Shown here one piece after another: positions 26,855 through 39,538 of a stretch of DNA of 64,000 nucleotides. The translations under genes were made by a program, and so were the position numbers. The stretch lies in NCBI RefSeq assembly GCF_009914755.1, contig NC_060940.1. One strand, written 5' to 3'. The DNA comes from the human T2T-CHM13v2.0 reference genome, Homo sapiens. Position 1 is the stretch's first letter, and every line of letters begins with the position of its first letter. The notes beneath the pieces are model-generated. The model was not told where the DNA came from and made no database searches. It saw only the letters and a program-made list of their open reading frames with translations.

Positions 26855-27452
26855 AAAGGGGGTGTCTGTGTAAACATGTGTGTGTGTGTGTGCAGGTGCA
26901 TCAAGAATATTTTCTGTCTCTTTAAGTCTGCTCCTGAAAGTGCCCACCCTCCAGTGTCCCACCTTGCCCTGCATATTCTCCTCATTCCATAGTTTCTCCT
27001 CATGTTCTGGCCTTGTCAGCCTTTACTGGCTGCTGAATTTTAAATTCCATCACCTTCCTTAGGAAGTGGTCTGTGTCCAGGTTTGGGGGGAAGGGAGTAG
27101 GGGAGTGGGGCTGGTGACTTAACTGGACATCTCAACAACTTGTGAGTTAGAAATTTGCAGTGCCAGTGAACAGGCTCAAAAATGAAAGTGTTTTCTTTCC
27201 ATCTTCATTTTCGTCCAATGATAAAGCATTCATTTTAAGCATTCCAGAGCCCAACTGAGTCAAAAGCACATTTTAATTTTGAAACAACAATCTGAATTCA
27301 CTTCAACATGTTGGCTGTGTTTTGCTTTAGATGGCGGGGCTATAGGCTGTCTTTCTCTGGTTTTTACTGCTCCTGTGGTCATTTTTTTCAAAACTTTCAT
27401 ATGCAGAACATACATTATTTTTATAAATGAAAAAGTGACATTTTATTAAGAA

Positions 27453-27476
27453 TCCTCCCCTCCCCCTCCCCCCACC

Positions 27477-27514
<38 letters not shown>
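27453..27514. repeat. C-run tract plus (CA)n
   Basis: Four C-runs (G-quadruplex-capable on the minus strand) directly followed by a (CA)n tract. Confidence 0.85.
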
Positions 27515-27516
<2 letters not shown>

Positions 27517-28502
27517 TATCCTGTTCATGTGCCTGGCAGCGACGGTAAGAAAACCCTAAATGTTTCTGACCTCTCTGAAATGAACACCTCGACAGGGCTC
27601 AGCAGGTGGACTTAAGGTGCTTTGGTCAAGGCAGAAAGAACCATTAGGGAATAGGGCATATTTCAGGTTACATCTCATAATCTCAGAACATTGACTTTTT
27701 TTAGTGCAAGTGATAGAAAAGAAGGTGTGAGCATCACAGACTGGGTTGGGAAATTTCATCTGCCTTTTTACAGATGTTCATTAACATAACAAAACATGAG
27801 TGAATGTTTAGCCTGCACCCTTGTCTGTTCTAAGCAGAGACGGAGTAAAAATATGTCAGAAATAAGTCAACTAGACTAGGAAAGGCATTTTCGTTTAGAA
27901 AAAAAAATTGACGTGAAATAGGCGGTCACCAAAGAAGGGCCACCATGTTTTATTTTGTAATTATGAAAATTTGTCTCTTTTGACAAGTGAAATGAATTTA
28001 GGCACTCAGGCATGGGGAGAAAGTTGAATTGTCTGAAAATTAAATCGAAATAAAAATGAAAAATACAAATGGGTGTTTCATATTCACTAACATGGGAGTC
28101 ATCTTTTAGATCTGACATTTTGAAGCAATGCCTGAGAAACCTGAAAGCTCATACCTCTGAGTAAGTTATGGCCCCAAACAGTATAGAAATAATTGAGAAT
28201 GTTTGCTGTTTTTAAATAAATGCAATAAATCTGGAATGGTGTCAGCACTCTGGAGTGTGGAGAGCACTGTTCTATACCTTGAGATGTACAATGTGCTGAG
28301 ATCTTGTCGCAGGGAGACACGCATATATAAGATGGCTTGTCTGTGACAGGGCATGCTTGCTCAGACACATTCACCTGCGGAGAACAGCCTGGAGTTGGCC
28401 AAAGAGGGAAGGTATTCAACAGAAATGGACTCACATCTGGCTCCACTGGGTCCTAGAGATGTGGCCCAGGTAAGGTGCTTCCCTTTAAAAAGTGAATGTT
28501 GG

Positions 28503-28896
28503 CACATATACACCATGGAATGCTATGCAGCCATAAAAAATGATGAGTTCATGTCCTTTGTAGGGACATGGATGAAACTGGAAATCATCATTCTCAGTAA
28601 ACTATCGCAAGAACAAAAAACCAAACACCGCATCTTCTCACTCATAGGTGGGAATTGAACAGTGAGATCACATGGACACAGGAAGGGGAACATCACACTC
28701 TGGGGACTGTTGTGGGGTGCGGGGAGGGGGGAGAGATAGCATCGAGAGATATATCTAATGCTAGATGACGACTTAGTGGGTGCAGCGCACCAGCATGGCA
28801 CATGTATACATATGTAACTAACCTGCACAATGTGCACATGTACCCTAAAACTTAAAGTATAATGAAAAAAAAAAAGTAGTAAAAATAAGACAAAAA
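28503..28896 (+). mobile_element. 5'-truncated L1PA2-type insertion
   Basis: ORF2 C-terminus (WHIYTMECYAAIKNDEFMSFVGTWMKLEIIILSKLSQEQKTKHRIFSLIGGN) plus 3' UTR. 16-bp TSD aaaaagtgaatgttgg at 28487-502 and 28897-912. Confidence 0.95.
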
Positions 28897-28910
28897 AAAA
28901 AGTGAATGTT

Positions 28911-29198
28911 GGATGGGTGTGGTGGCTTATGCCTATAATCCCAGCACTTTGGAAGGCTGAGGCCAGTGGATCACGAGGTCAGGAGTTCAGGACCAGCCTG
29001 GCCAAGATGGTGAAACCCCGTCTCTATTAAAAATACAAAAAAATTAGCCGGGTGTGGTGGTGGGTGCCTGTAATCCCAGCTACTCAGGAGGCTGAGGCAG
29101 AGAATTGCTGGAACCTGGGAGGCAGAGGTTGCATGAGCTGAGAGCACGCTACTGCACTCCAACCTGGGCGACAGAGCAAGACTCCATCTCAAAAAAAA
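28911..29198 (+). mobile_element. AluSg-type (Sg4/Sg7-like)
   Basis: ggatcacgaggtcaggagttc, gccaagatggtg, gaggcagagaattg. Confidence 0.95.
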
Positions 29199-29403
29199 GG
29201 GAATGTTGGTGAGACCATGCCTCCTAGGGGTGCTAGGAAAATTGATAAGCACTCATTAAATTGTTGCTACTATGGCAGGTGTGAACACACCTTGAATGGT
29301 ACCTGGGGACTTTTTAATAATCTCTCTGCATATGTGTGCATGTATGTGGTATGTGGGTACTTTGTGTGTGTTTATGTGCATGTGTGTAATTTGTCCACAC
29401 ATA

Positions 29404-29740
29404 TAGTTGGCCCTTGGCATCTGTGGGTTCTGCATTCGTGGATTCAACCAACTGCAGATTGAAAATAAACAGAAAAAAAATTACACCTGTTCTGAATGTG
29501 TACAGACCTTTATTCTTGTCATTATTCCCTAAATAATACAGTGTAACAACTATTTCCACAGCATTTACATTGTATTAGGCATTACAAGTAATCTGGAGGT
29601 GATTTAAAGTTTATGGGTAGATGTGCATAGGTGATATGCAAATCCTACGTCATTTCATATCAGGGACTTGAGCATCTGTGAATTTTGGTATCTGCAGGAG
29701 GTCCCAGAACCAATCCCACCCAGATATTGAGGAATGACCA
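29404..29740 (-). mobile_element. MER2
   Basis: tggattcaaccaac, ttgtcattattccctaaataatacag, gggacttgagcatc; TA flanks. Confidence 0.9.
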
Positions 29741-30030
29741 TACATACTTCGTGTATGTTTACTTTGTGTGTACTCTGTGTGTGTATGTATGTACTTTCTC
29801 TGTGGAACTGTGTGTGTGCTTGGGTATAATTTGTGTGTCTGTGTGCTTTGTATATGTGTACTTTGTGAGTGTGTGAGGCTCCTTCTAGGACCAGCAGTGA
29901 GCCATTCTGTGTGCCCTTACAGAGCTGCACCCACTGAGAAGAGCTCAAGAGAGGACCTGGTGCATTGGTTTTAAACTGAGAAACTGAAATGACTGCCTTA
30001 GTTCCTATGTATCCTCAGGTACACTAAATA

Positions 30031-30080
30031 CTATATATATATATGTGTGTGTGTATATATATATACACACATATACACAT
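30031..30080. repeat. Compound (TA)n(TG)n(TA)n(CA)n microsatellite
   Basis: Directly visible and self-complementary. Confidence 0.9.
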
Positions 30081-30633
30081 GGCTGTGTTTAAAAAATAAA
30101 CTGTGCATACATTTTATTCTATATTTTAGAATACTAGAAGCTATGTTTTTAAGCGCAATTGCTTTTTAGCAATAACCCAGTAACATTGTGGGTATCCCAG
30201 TCATTCCACAAAACTGTCTTGCGAACAACTAATAAGGCTGAGAGTCTTTAATTTTTTTAATTCGTTCCATAGTCAAGGGTGGTTTAGTTCAAGACAAAAA
30301 AAAAAGACCCTTTGACCTAACTTGAGTAAAGGGGATTTGTGGCAAAACATATTGGGAGAATCACATGAGACTAAAAGGAGAAGTTGAGCTGTAAGCCCTT
30401 TTCCTCCCTGTCTGTCTCCTCTCTCCTTCCTTCTCTTTCTCTCTGAGGAAATGTGATCTCTTAGTTCTGCACATTCACCCCCTGTCTAATCCTTAACTTT
30501 GATCTGGTTCTTTCTGAATGGATCCTGGGCTGAGTTCTTTCTTGTTGGCCAGAGCAGGCCTGAGCTCCCAGATTGGAGGGAGGGAAGCCAGATATGGTTC
30601 AGCAAGGTGACTGAAATCTCTCTTCTGATTCTG

Positions 30634-30870
30634 GTGTGTGTGTGTGTGTGTGCACGTGTGCGTGCGCATATGCACACACAGGTGTGCATGTGTGAGAATA
30701 AGAAAGAGGGACAGAATTGGAGACAGAGGCACAGGGAGATAGAGATAGCACAGACAAACAGCACGAGAAGGTAGAAAGAGAGAGACCGAGAGACAGAGAA
30801 AGAGACGCCCACACACAGAGATAGATATAGACGGAGAGGGACTGCAGATCTGTATACAGAAAGGATGGAG
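30634..30870. repeat. (TG)n/alternating RY tract followed by a GA-rich tract
   Basis: gtgtgt..gcacgtgtgcgtgcgcatatgcacacaca then gagaca/gagata low complexity. Confidence 0.85.
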
Positions 30871-31249
30871 GAACAATTGGCGTGGGTGTTAAAGCTGAGG
30901 CCTCTGCTTGCTGGTAGAAGAGCTAGAATAATTAATGGTTAGGCCAAGAAGGGGCACAAGGGCGCTGCTGCAGTGCCCAGGGTCCTCAGCTGGGCATGCT
31001 GTACTTGTCTGAGAAGGGCCTGGTGGGCCAAGAGCAGGCAACTTAGGCTACTGTAGCCAGCCATACCAGTGGGGGAAGTGCACGGGGCTACGTGGAAGCT
31101 GGGCCCGGTGGGTCCTGACCATTGGCCACCTTTACCCTGGCACCCCGGGAGTCTGTGTAACATTGAAATGAATGGCATGTGTTGAGTAACCACTATCTAA
31201 GAGGGCATTTTAGGTGGATGAACTCATTCTATCTCATTTAATTTAAAGG

Positions 31250-31490
31250 CAGAATATAATAGTTGTTGCAGGCTGAAACAGACAGACCTGGATTTGTGCA
31301 CTGACGGCTACTTAGTAACCCTGTGACCTTGGATGATTGATTTATGGCTCCCTAAGCTTCAATTTCTCCATCGGAAAGATGACAATAACAGTTCAGCTGC
31401 CTTACGGACTAAATGCGGTAGAGCCTGTGACCTGTGATGTGCTTGGCACAGAGTCTGCACAGGATCCGTGCTGGATAAATGTGAGCCCAT
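31250..31490 (+). mobile_element. MIR
   Basis: cagacctggatttg, ctgtgaccttgg, cttcaatttctccatcggaaa. Confidence 0.6.
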
Positions 31491-31909
31491 CCCCAGCCCA
31501 TTGTGAGTGGGGGCAGTGTGATCCCTGCTTTCACTAGTGAGGAAACAAGATGTGGGGGCTTTGATATGACTCTTCTGGCGATCTCACAGCTGCTGGAGGC
31601 ATCACCAGAATCCAGAGCTTCCTAGGCTGACTCCAAAGCCCTCACCATGATGGTTAATTGATTTTTCTTTTCTTTTAATAACACTGGCTTCTCGTAAACA
31701 GTGGCTTGAGAGTTTGTAAGTTAGGGAGTGGCCAGAGAGTCTGCAGCCTGCTGGCCTGCTCCTGGCTAGAGTTGCTGTTTTCTTGGGGTCTTGGGAAAGG
31801 TGATTCAGGCTAACAGCAATGGCATTATACCTCCCCACCCACCCACACACAAGGACTCCGGTTTTGGGGTGTACTGTTGTTAGACCTAGAGCCACAGGTT
31901 CTCCTTTAA

Positions 31910-32760
31910 AATTAAGAAATTTTTAATTTCTTATTTTTTAATTAATTAAACTGACAAAATCTGCACATTGTTAAAAAAATCAAGCAGAACAAGAGAGTAT
32001 AAAGTCAAAAAGTAGTGTCCTGTCTAGTTCAGACCGTCAGGTACCTGTTCCAGGGACAACCATAGTTGTGAGTTTCCTGTTTGTAGAATATCCAGATTTT
32101 CTACCCATTTTTCAAGTATTTGCATGTGTGTGTGTGTGTCCGTCATTTATACCAATGGGCACTGACTATGTACACACACACACGTACATCATGCCTTTCT
32201 GTTCTGCTTAATGACTTATCTTAGAGAATATTCTATACAGCCTCCATTCGAGCTAGTGCATTTTTTATTCACCTCAGGAGATGGATTAGGTCTAGTTTAT
32301 TCTTTTTTATGGTGGTATAGTATTTCATCATATGAACACAGCAGAAATTATTTATATCTTCTTTATTGTTGGATAACTTCCCCCCTCACCCAAGTCTTTG
32401 CTACTGTAAACAATTCCACAATGAATATATTTAGATGACATTGAACACATTTGAAAACATGTCTATAGGATAAATTCCTAGAAGTGGATCCCAATGTCAG
32501 AAAGTAGGTGCATTCACAGCTCTGGAAGATATTAGCAAATTATTTGCCACAGAGGCTGCACCAATTTTACTCCCATTGCTAAGTGTGAATTCTTCATCTC
32601 TACTTCTTGGCATTCACCTCCTATACATTAACAAACTTGTTGCTGTCTGTCAACCAAACAAGTGAAAAATAGAATCTCATTTTAATTTTAATTTGCATTT
32701 CTTTGACATTGAATGAGGCTGTGTTGGGCTTTCAGTAAGCAGCATACTCATTAGCTAATT
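31910..32760 (-). mobile_element. L1ME-like 3' fragment
   Basis: tttgctactgtaaacaat, taggataaattcctagaagtgg, ctcattttaattttaatttgcatttctttga. Confidence 0.65.
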
Positions 32761-32908
32761 TTTAAATTGTTTTGTTATTGGTACAATTATGTATATACAA
32801 TTAGTTAAACGCCTGTGCTGAGTCTCAGCCCAGATAGACTAAAGAGGGTATTTTTGTTCCATAACTTAACTAATCGACCAGACCGGTGAAAAGGCTAAGC
32901 TGGATTTC

Positions 32909-33212
<304 letters not shown>

Positions 33213-33245
33213 TAAGCCAGGCTGAATAATGTCTGTTTTTTGGAC

Positions 33246-33464
33246 CAGGACTTTGCAAACTTATTTCTTAAAGGGCCAGATAGTAAATATTCTGGGCTTT
33301 GTGGGCCAGATGGTCTCTCTCAAAATGACGCAACTCTGCCCCTGTAGTGCAAAAGTAGCCAGAGACAATCAATAAATAAATGGTCATGGCTGTGTTCCAG
33401 TAAAACTCTCTACAGACAGGCGCTAGGCTGCATTTGGCCCCTGGGCTCGGTTCTCAAACCCCTG
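33246..33464. mobile_element. MER58A (hAT-Charlie)
   Basis: taaagggccagatagtaaatatt..ggctttgtgggcca, catggctgtgttccagtaaaact; CAGG..CCTG ends. Confidence 0.88.
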
Positions 33465-33601
33465 TTCTACACTATCTGCATTAGTGGGTGTCTGGAGACA
33501 ACACTGACACTTCATTTCGCAGATTCCAAATGGCCTGTCTTACATACCTGTGACTCTCCGGTTACAGGCAGAAAGATATGCAAACTAGCTGATCAAATGG
33601 A

Positions 33602-33635
33602 TAAATAAGAGTCTGTGTAAATAAGAGTCTGTGTA
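33602..33635. repeat. Perfect 16-bp tandem duplication
   Basis: taaataagagtctgtg x2. Confidence 0.95.
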
Positions 33636-34469
33636 GGTGTTTGGACATTTAGGATGTTAGGCCTTAGAATCATGTCACCCCTGAGAGTGAATGAGAGGCT
33701 GGAAGGTCTAAAATTTTCCCACTTGCATGCATAGCTTGCCCTTTGAATTGTTAATATAATGTCTTTATACCCCGACTACCTACTAACATATTGAATCTAC
33801 CCTGCTGCACACCGTAGTGGCATGGAGATGCCTAAAACTATTGTTTAGAGAATGAAAAGAGCCATCCTGCCACTCCCCAAGGTCAAGCAGCACTGCTTTG
33901 AGACCCCTGTCAAGAAGAAACTCGGGGCCAAGGGAAGCAGCTCTTAGCTCCAGAAGGGAGTGGGCCTTGCTGGCCAGGAAACGAGTACCCGTGTTCCCAT
34001 GAGGGTGAGCATTGTGGAAGGGTCGGGGGTGAAGGAGGGACTCAGAAGAGGCAGGAGGCAAAGGCAGGCTCTGAGCGGAGAGTGGCAGCTGGTATGCAGA
34101 GCTGGGTGGGGCCCTGGCAGGTACAGGAGCTGGGTGGGGTCCTGAGGGTGCACAGGAGAAACCAGAGGTGATGGGACTTTGGTGGATTTGGGTTATAAAC
34201 ATCACAGTGGGGATTTGAATGAAGGCTCTGATATGTCTGCTTTGTTATCCATGTCTCGAACAGTGAGGAATGAATGGGTAAGTGAATGAATGGAGGTAAT
34301 GAGTACTAAAAATATGGACTTTTTACAATCACAACATTATCCATTTACCCTATGAAGTCACATGAACAGTGCCTGGCACATAACAAGTGTACAGAGTGCA
34401 GTGCATAGTAGTGTTACCAGCTAGTGTCACAGCTGATGGGAAGTATAAAGGCAGATAATAAAGGTGATG

Positions 34470-34650
34470 GCAACAAAAGTTTATTGATGCTGTATACATG
34501 CAAGTTGCAGTTCTAAACATTTTAGCTGAATTCCCTCATTTTATCCTCACAATAAATTAAGAAGAGGGTGAGTCTTACCATTAATCCATTTTATAGATGA
34601 GGACACCAAGTCATGGGGCGGTTAACTAACTTGCGTAAAGCTATGCAAGA
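34470..34650 (-). mobile_element. MIR
   Basis: ccatttttatagatgaggacacc..gttaactaacttgc. Confidence 0.65.
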
Positions 34651-34686
34651 GCTATGTGTAAAGTATACCTCTGGGGTTTGTTTGGA

Positions 34687-34868
34687 GAGGTGGCTCCGAA
34701 ATTCCACGGAACATCAGACTCCCCTGGAGATGTGTTAAACCCAGACCACTGGGTCCCACCCCTGGAGATTTGGATTCAGTGGGTCTGGCGCAGTGCCTGA
34801 GAATCTGCATTTCTTACAAATTCTGTTTGGGTTCTGATGGCCTGGGAGCCACACGTCGAGAACCACTG
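34687..34868. mobile_element. MER5A
   Basis: ctgggtcccacccc, gattcagtgggtctgg, gcctgagaatctgcatttct, gagaaccactg. Confidence 0.8.
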
Positions 34869-36062
34869 GTTTAGAGAATTTTGTGCAGGCCAGTTTAGTT
34901 CATTTCTGGCTGTTCTTGAACCCAAAGAACCTTTCCATTGTTTTAGTGTTACCGTCCCTCCTCCTTCGCCCCTCCCCATCTCCAGGGCCCCTGCCAATTC
35001 AACCAGCACAGTCACAAACTGAACCCCTAGGAAAAGACATCGAGTCGCTTGCAGAAGCAGTGTGTTTTCTCTCTGGGAGGTATTGAAGCGTTGAATTCAA
35101 GGGCCGGGCTCCTTTTCAGAAATGATACTCCATAGTTTTACCGCAGGCGGCTGGAGTGTGCTTGGGCTCTGCCTGGAACGCAAGCTCGACTCTTCTCCAA
35201 TTTCAGTGTCTTACCCTCGCAAGTGCTAAATTGCCCCATAAACAAAACACATCTGGTGTTTGACTCATGGAAAATATTTCTCTATGGTTGAAAAGAGTGT
35301 GGATAGTCTGACTCCATTAATTTCCACTGGAGTGACTCCGGACCATCTGCTTCCGACTCTGTCATGGGGGAGGTCTGGAGGCCCGGGAAGTGCAGTGTGG
35401 GCTCCATGGAGCTGTGGGTAGGTGTCCATGTCAGCTGTGCCCCTGTCGGTCTGAGAGATGCTTCCCAATGCAAGTCTGCACACCCTGGAGGTTTCTGAGG
35501 CTCCTCAGACCTACAGGAGCACTCTGTTCCCAGTGGAAACGGCTTGGGGCCCCAGTTGCCTTGTTCTCCCTCACTGGGATCTGGTAGATGGGCTGCTGTG
35601 GCTGTGATGCTGTTTCCAGGATCCCTGTGATATCTGTGTGGCCCTACACGGTGGACACTTCCCAGTCCCTTCAAATGGCCCTTCTTTCTCAATCCTGGGA
35701 TATCCATCCAAGGCTTACAGGAAGTCAGAGGGGCTCCCTCTAGGGGCCTCTGGGACCCAGCTGTTCGGAGAGAGGAAGACCTTCTGGCAGGTACATAGAT
35801 AATAAGCTTTACTACAGCAGAAATAAAGGGCAGGGTGGGCTTTGCATGGCACAGACTTGGGTTCAAATCTAACTTCTCCTTGCCGGGTCCGTGTGTCCTT
35901 TGCCAAGCTATTAGCTCCTTGACCTCTGTATCATCATTTTAAGAAGGAGTACTTTTTACAGTAAAATGTGACAATTTGCCAGTTGCATATTAAGTCACTT
36001 GAATAATGCCTGGCACATAGAAGATGCGGCTGTTAATATTATCAGTTACTGTTCTTAGAATT

Positions 36063-36628
36063 CTGGCAGGCATAACTCAAAGATGGACCCAAGATGACCA
36101 CCCCCTGGTGTGCACACCTTGTATAATCCCCTGCCCTTGAGTAAGGGCAGAACCAATGAATGTGATAGCATAGGACTTTGAATTAACCAAGGAGATTAAC
36201 TGGGTGCTCCTGACTTAATCAAGAGAGGCCTTAAATGGGACTGGCCCCTTCCTGAAACTGGAGAGCCTGGAACTATGAGAGGGCTGATGGGAGGAACCAC
36301 ATGGCAAGGACCTGAGAGTGACATCTGCTTGCCAAGAGTGGTCCACAGCCAACAGCCATCAAGACCACAGGGACCCCAGTATTACGGCCACAAAGAAGTG
36401 AATTCAGCATATAACTTGGGTAGCTTGGAAGCAGTCTGCCCCAGTCAAGCCTCCAGATGAGAACACAGCCCAGCTCACATCTTGCTTTTAGCTTTGTGAA
36501 ACCCTGAACAGAAAACCCAGCTAAAGTGCACCCCAGTCTTGACCCATGGAAACTGTGAGATAATACATTTATGTTGTTTTAAGCCACTAAGTTTGTAGTA
36601 ATTGCGATCACATTAGAAAATGAATGCA
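36063..36628 (+). mobile_element. MLT1E-like MaLR LTR
   Basis: tgtataatcccctgcccttgagt, cagtcaagcctccagatgagaacacagccc, gttgttttaagccactaagtttgtagtaatt. Confidence 0.8.
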
Positions 36629-38819
36629 GAGAAAATATCATCCACTTCAGAGACAGGTAATGAGAAATAAATGTGATAATCTGTGCAGAGCATGCCAGAC
36701 AGTTGCATAGTAAGTACGGGGTCATAGTAGCCCTGGGTTTCAGCATCTGTTTCAGTCTCCCTCCTAGTTACAGATCATGTTCCCAGCTAAGTAGCCTAGT
36801 TCTTCCCCACCAGGAACAGACTCCTACCTCGAAACCCCAGCCTATTACCTGGAACCCTGCTGGATTCCTCCTGCTTATCCTCTTCTCAGGGGGGCACATG
36901 GCTCAGCTGTGGGCATCAGGATTCAGCCATGGCAAGACAGAGGCAGGGAAGTGGCTTAGAGAGGAACAAGAGAGAAGACTCCCCTCTGCAGTAGAGATGA
37001 GAAGTACCCAGCTGCCCGGGTATGAGGCAATCCCATGAGAAGATTCCTCGGAATCTGCTCGTGTGCTCAGGCAAGCCTAGAAGGGCTTTCCCTGGGTATC
37101 TCACCCTCCTGAAGGTGGTCTCTATGGCCTACACCATTTATCCAAGGAGTTATGGAGAAGGGGAAGAGATGGGGCAGGGGAGACTGACTCCTGGCCCTTC
37201 TTGCATTGCCTGAGGTCCCTGTCCTCACTACTCTGAGCACATCAGTGGATTCTGAGGAATCTTCTCATGGGATTGCCCAGTACCCAGGCAGCTGGGTATT
37301 TCTCAGCCCCACTACAGAGGGGATTCTTCATCCTAGTTCATCTCTGAGTCACTTCCTTACCTCTGTGGCTGCAGACACTGCACCCAGACTTCCACCACTC
37401 CTCTCCCCAAATCCCGTGTTTTAGCCTGAACAGAGTCAAATGCTTATGTACATTTCATGAGGACACTGGTCTAGAGGGAATCCTGGTGACCTGGTATGAT
37501 GGAGAGGAAAGAACATAGGCTTTGGTGTTATACAGAGAAGCTATTCAAATCTAAGCTCTGCTAATTGCTAGTTTTCTGAAATTGGCAGGCAGTAGTTTCT
37601 CTAAGCCCCAGTTTCCTCCTCTCCCGTAAATTGGGATTGTTACATCCCTATGAAAGGGTAGCTGTGAGGGTGAGATGAGAGAATGTGGCTCAGGTCTGGT
37701 ACATGAAGATGTTCTGGGCGTGTGCGTATTCTCCCCATCTACCCCTTTCTAGCTCTGAATTTAGAAACTTTCTATGGCAAGAAAAGCCCAAACACAGTGT
37801 AGTGTGAGCGATAGATGGAGAGAGAAATCAGATCGTGGGTCCAGCCTATGAAGTCCCAGGTTGGGGTCCCAAGAAGTCCTCGGCTGTGGGGCAGGCCGGG
37901 TTTACATTTCTTTGCCCTTTCTCAGGCAGGATTCTCCTTCCCATGGAGCATGTTATCACCAATGGGACTATTTCTGTATTCATCCAAAGCTTCTGATTAG
38001 AGGCTCATGAATATTCAAATACCTGCCTCCCCTTATTTGCCTGACTATTAGCATTCTGTCTCTAGGCTTATTTTGTGTTTTTTTCTGTTGCACATTTGTT
38101 CAGTGATTCACGCTTCATCATCCAATGTGACCAGTTTCGAGACAATTCTGGCTATTCCCAGTCCCGGGCAAGGCTGGGTCCTCACCGTGCCCCGGCTGCC
38201 AGCTTCTCCTTGCTCTTTCTGCTCCCAAAGATGGGTGGGTGGTGGAACAGCCTGCAGAGTGCTACTTTGGAAACTCATTTCTGGGATTTTAAAATTCATA
38301 TTGATAATAATAATCCACTACATGTGTCTCTCACTTCAAATTTTACAAAGATATTTCATATCATCCTGTTTTACAGTCTGGCTTTCTGAAAATGCAAAAT
38401 GCTGACATTCTTTTCTGAATGAGGCCATGTCTCTTTTCCTTCTGAATATTTAACAACAAGCTTTGAACAAAACAGAATCTGTTTTAAAGCCCAGCTGTAC
38501 CATGATGTCTCACAATGGCACAAAGTAGAAGGGAATTTGTCTTTCTCTCTCCCTATTGGGAGAAAGGTTGGAGGTTGCTTTGAAGTCCATTTAGCTCTGT
38601 GGGGAACACAGTATGAATTAGTTTTCTATGACTGCTGTAAGAAATTACCACAAATCTAGTGGCTTAGAATAACATACCTTGATTCTTTTACAGTTCTGGC
38701 AGTCAGAAGTAAGAAATGGGTTGCTGGGCTATGTTCCTTCTGGAAGATCCAGGGGAAAATCCATTTTCTTGTCCTTTCCAGCTTCTAAAAGCCACTTGCA
38801 TCTTTTGGTTCATGACTCA

Positions 38820-39374
38820 TATGTTAGGGTTCTCTAGAGGGACAGAACAAATAGGATATATGTATATATGAAAGGAGTTGATTAAGGGGAGTTGACTCAC
38901 ACGATCACAAGGTAAAGTCCCATGATAGGCCGTCTGCAGGTCGAGGAGCAGGGAAGCCAGTGGTGGATCCATTTGAGTCCCCAAACCTCAAAAGGAGAGA
39001 AACTCACAGTGCAGCCTTCGGTCTCTGGCCAAAGGCCCGAGAGCCCCTGGCAAACCACTGGTGTAAGTCCAAGAGTCCAAAAACTGAAGAACTTTGAGTC
39101 TGATGTTTGAGGGCATGAAGCATCCAGCACAGGAAAAAGATGAAGACCAGAAGACTCAGCAAGCCTTCTCTTTCCACTTTCTTCTGCCTGCTTTATTCTA
39201 GCTGTGCTGGCAGCTAATTAGATGGTATCCACCCAGATTGAGGGCGGGTCTGTCTGTCCCAGTCCACTGACTCAAATGTTAATCTCCTTTGGCAACACTG
39301 TCACAGACATGCCCAGGAACAATACTTTGCATCCTTCAATCCAATCAAGTTGACACTCATTGTTAACTATCACA
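38820..39374 (-). mobile_element. MLT2A2-like (HERV-L) solo LTR
   Basis: agggttctctagagggacagaac..ctgactcaaatgttaatctcctttggcaacac..caatccaatcaagttgacactca..atcaca. Confidence 0.9.
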
Positions 39375-39538
39375 GCCCCTTTCTCTATCTTCAAAGCTGA
39401 CCATGAAGCATCTTGAAATCTCTTTCTCTCTGACTTCTGCTTCTGCCATCACATCTCCTTTCCTCTCTAATCTTCCTGCCCCTTACAAGCACCCTGTGCT
39501 TACATTGGGTTCACCCAGATAATCCAGGAAAATCTCCC

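Noticed and set aside
28353-28658. 101-aa ORF fusing unique sequence to the L1 ORF2 C-terminus
   Set aside because: In-frame read-in to a truncated L1, probably by chance; no evidence of expression.
28740-28860. Possible human-specific L1HS-Ta/preTa identity of the two young L1s
   Set aside because: They lack the ACA/ACG diagnostic (GAC and GAG here) and have cttaAagtat, so they are L1PA2-type.
35282-35866. Longest ORF (194 aa, minus strand)
   Set aside because: No recognisable domain, non-ATG start inside a MIR, and overlapping ORFs on the other strand; consistent with a chance frame.
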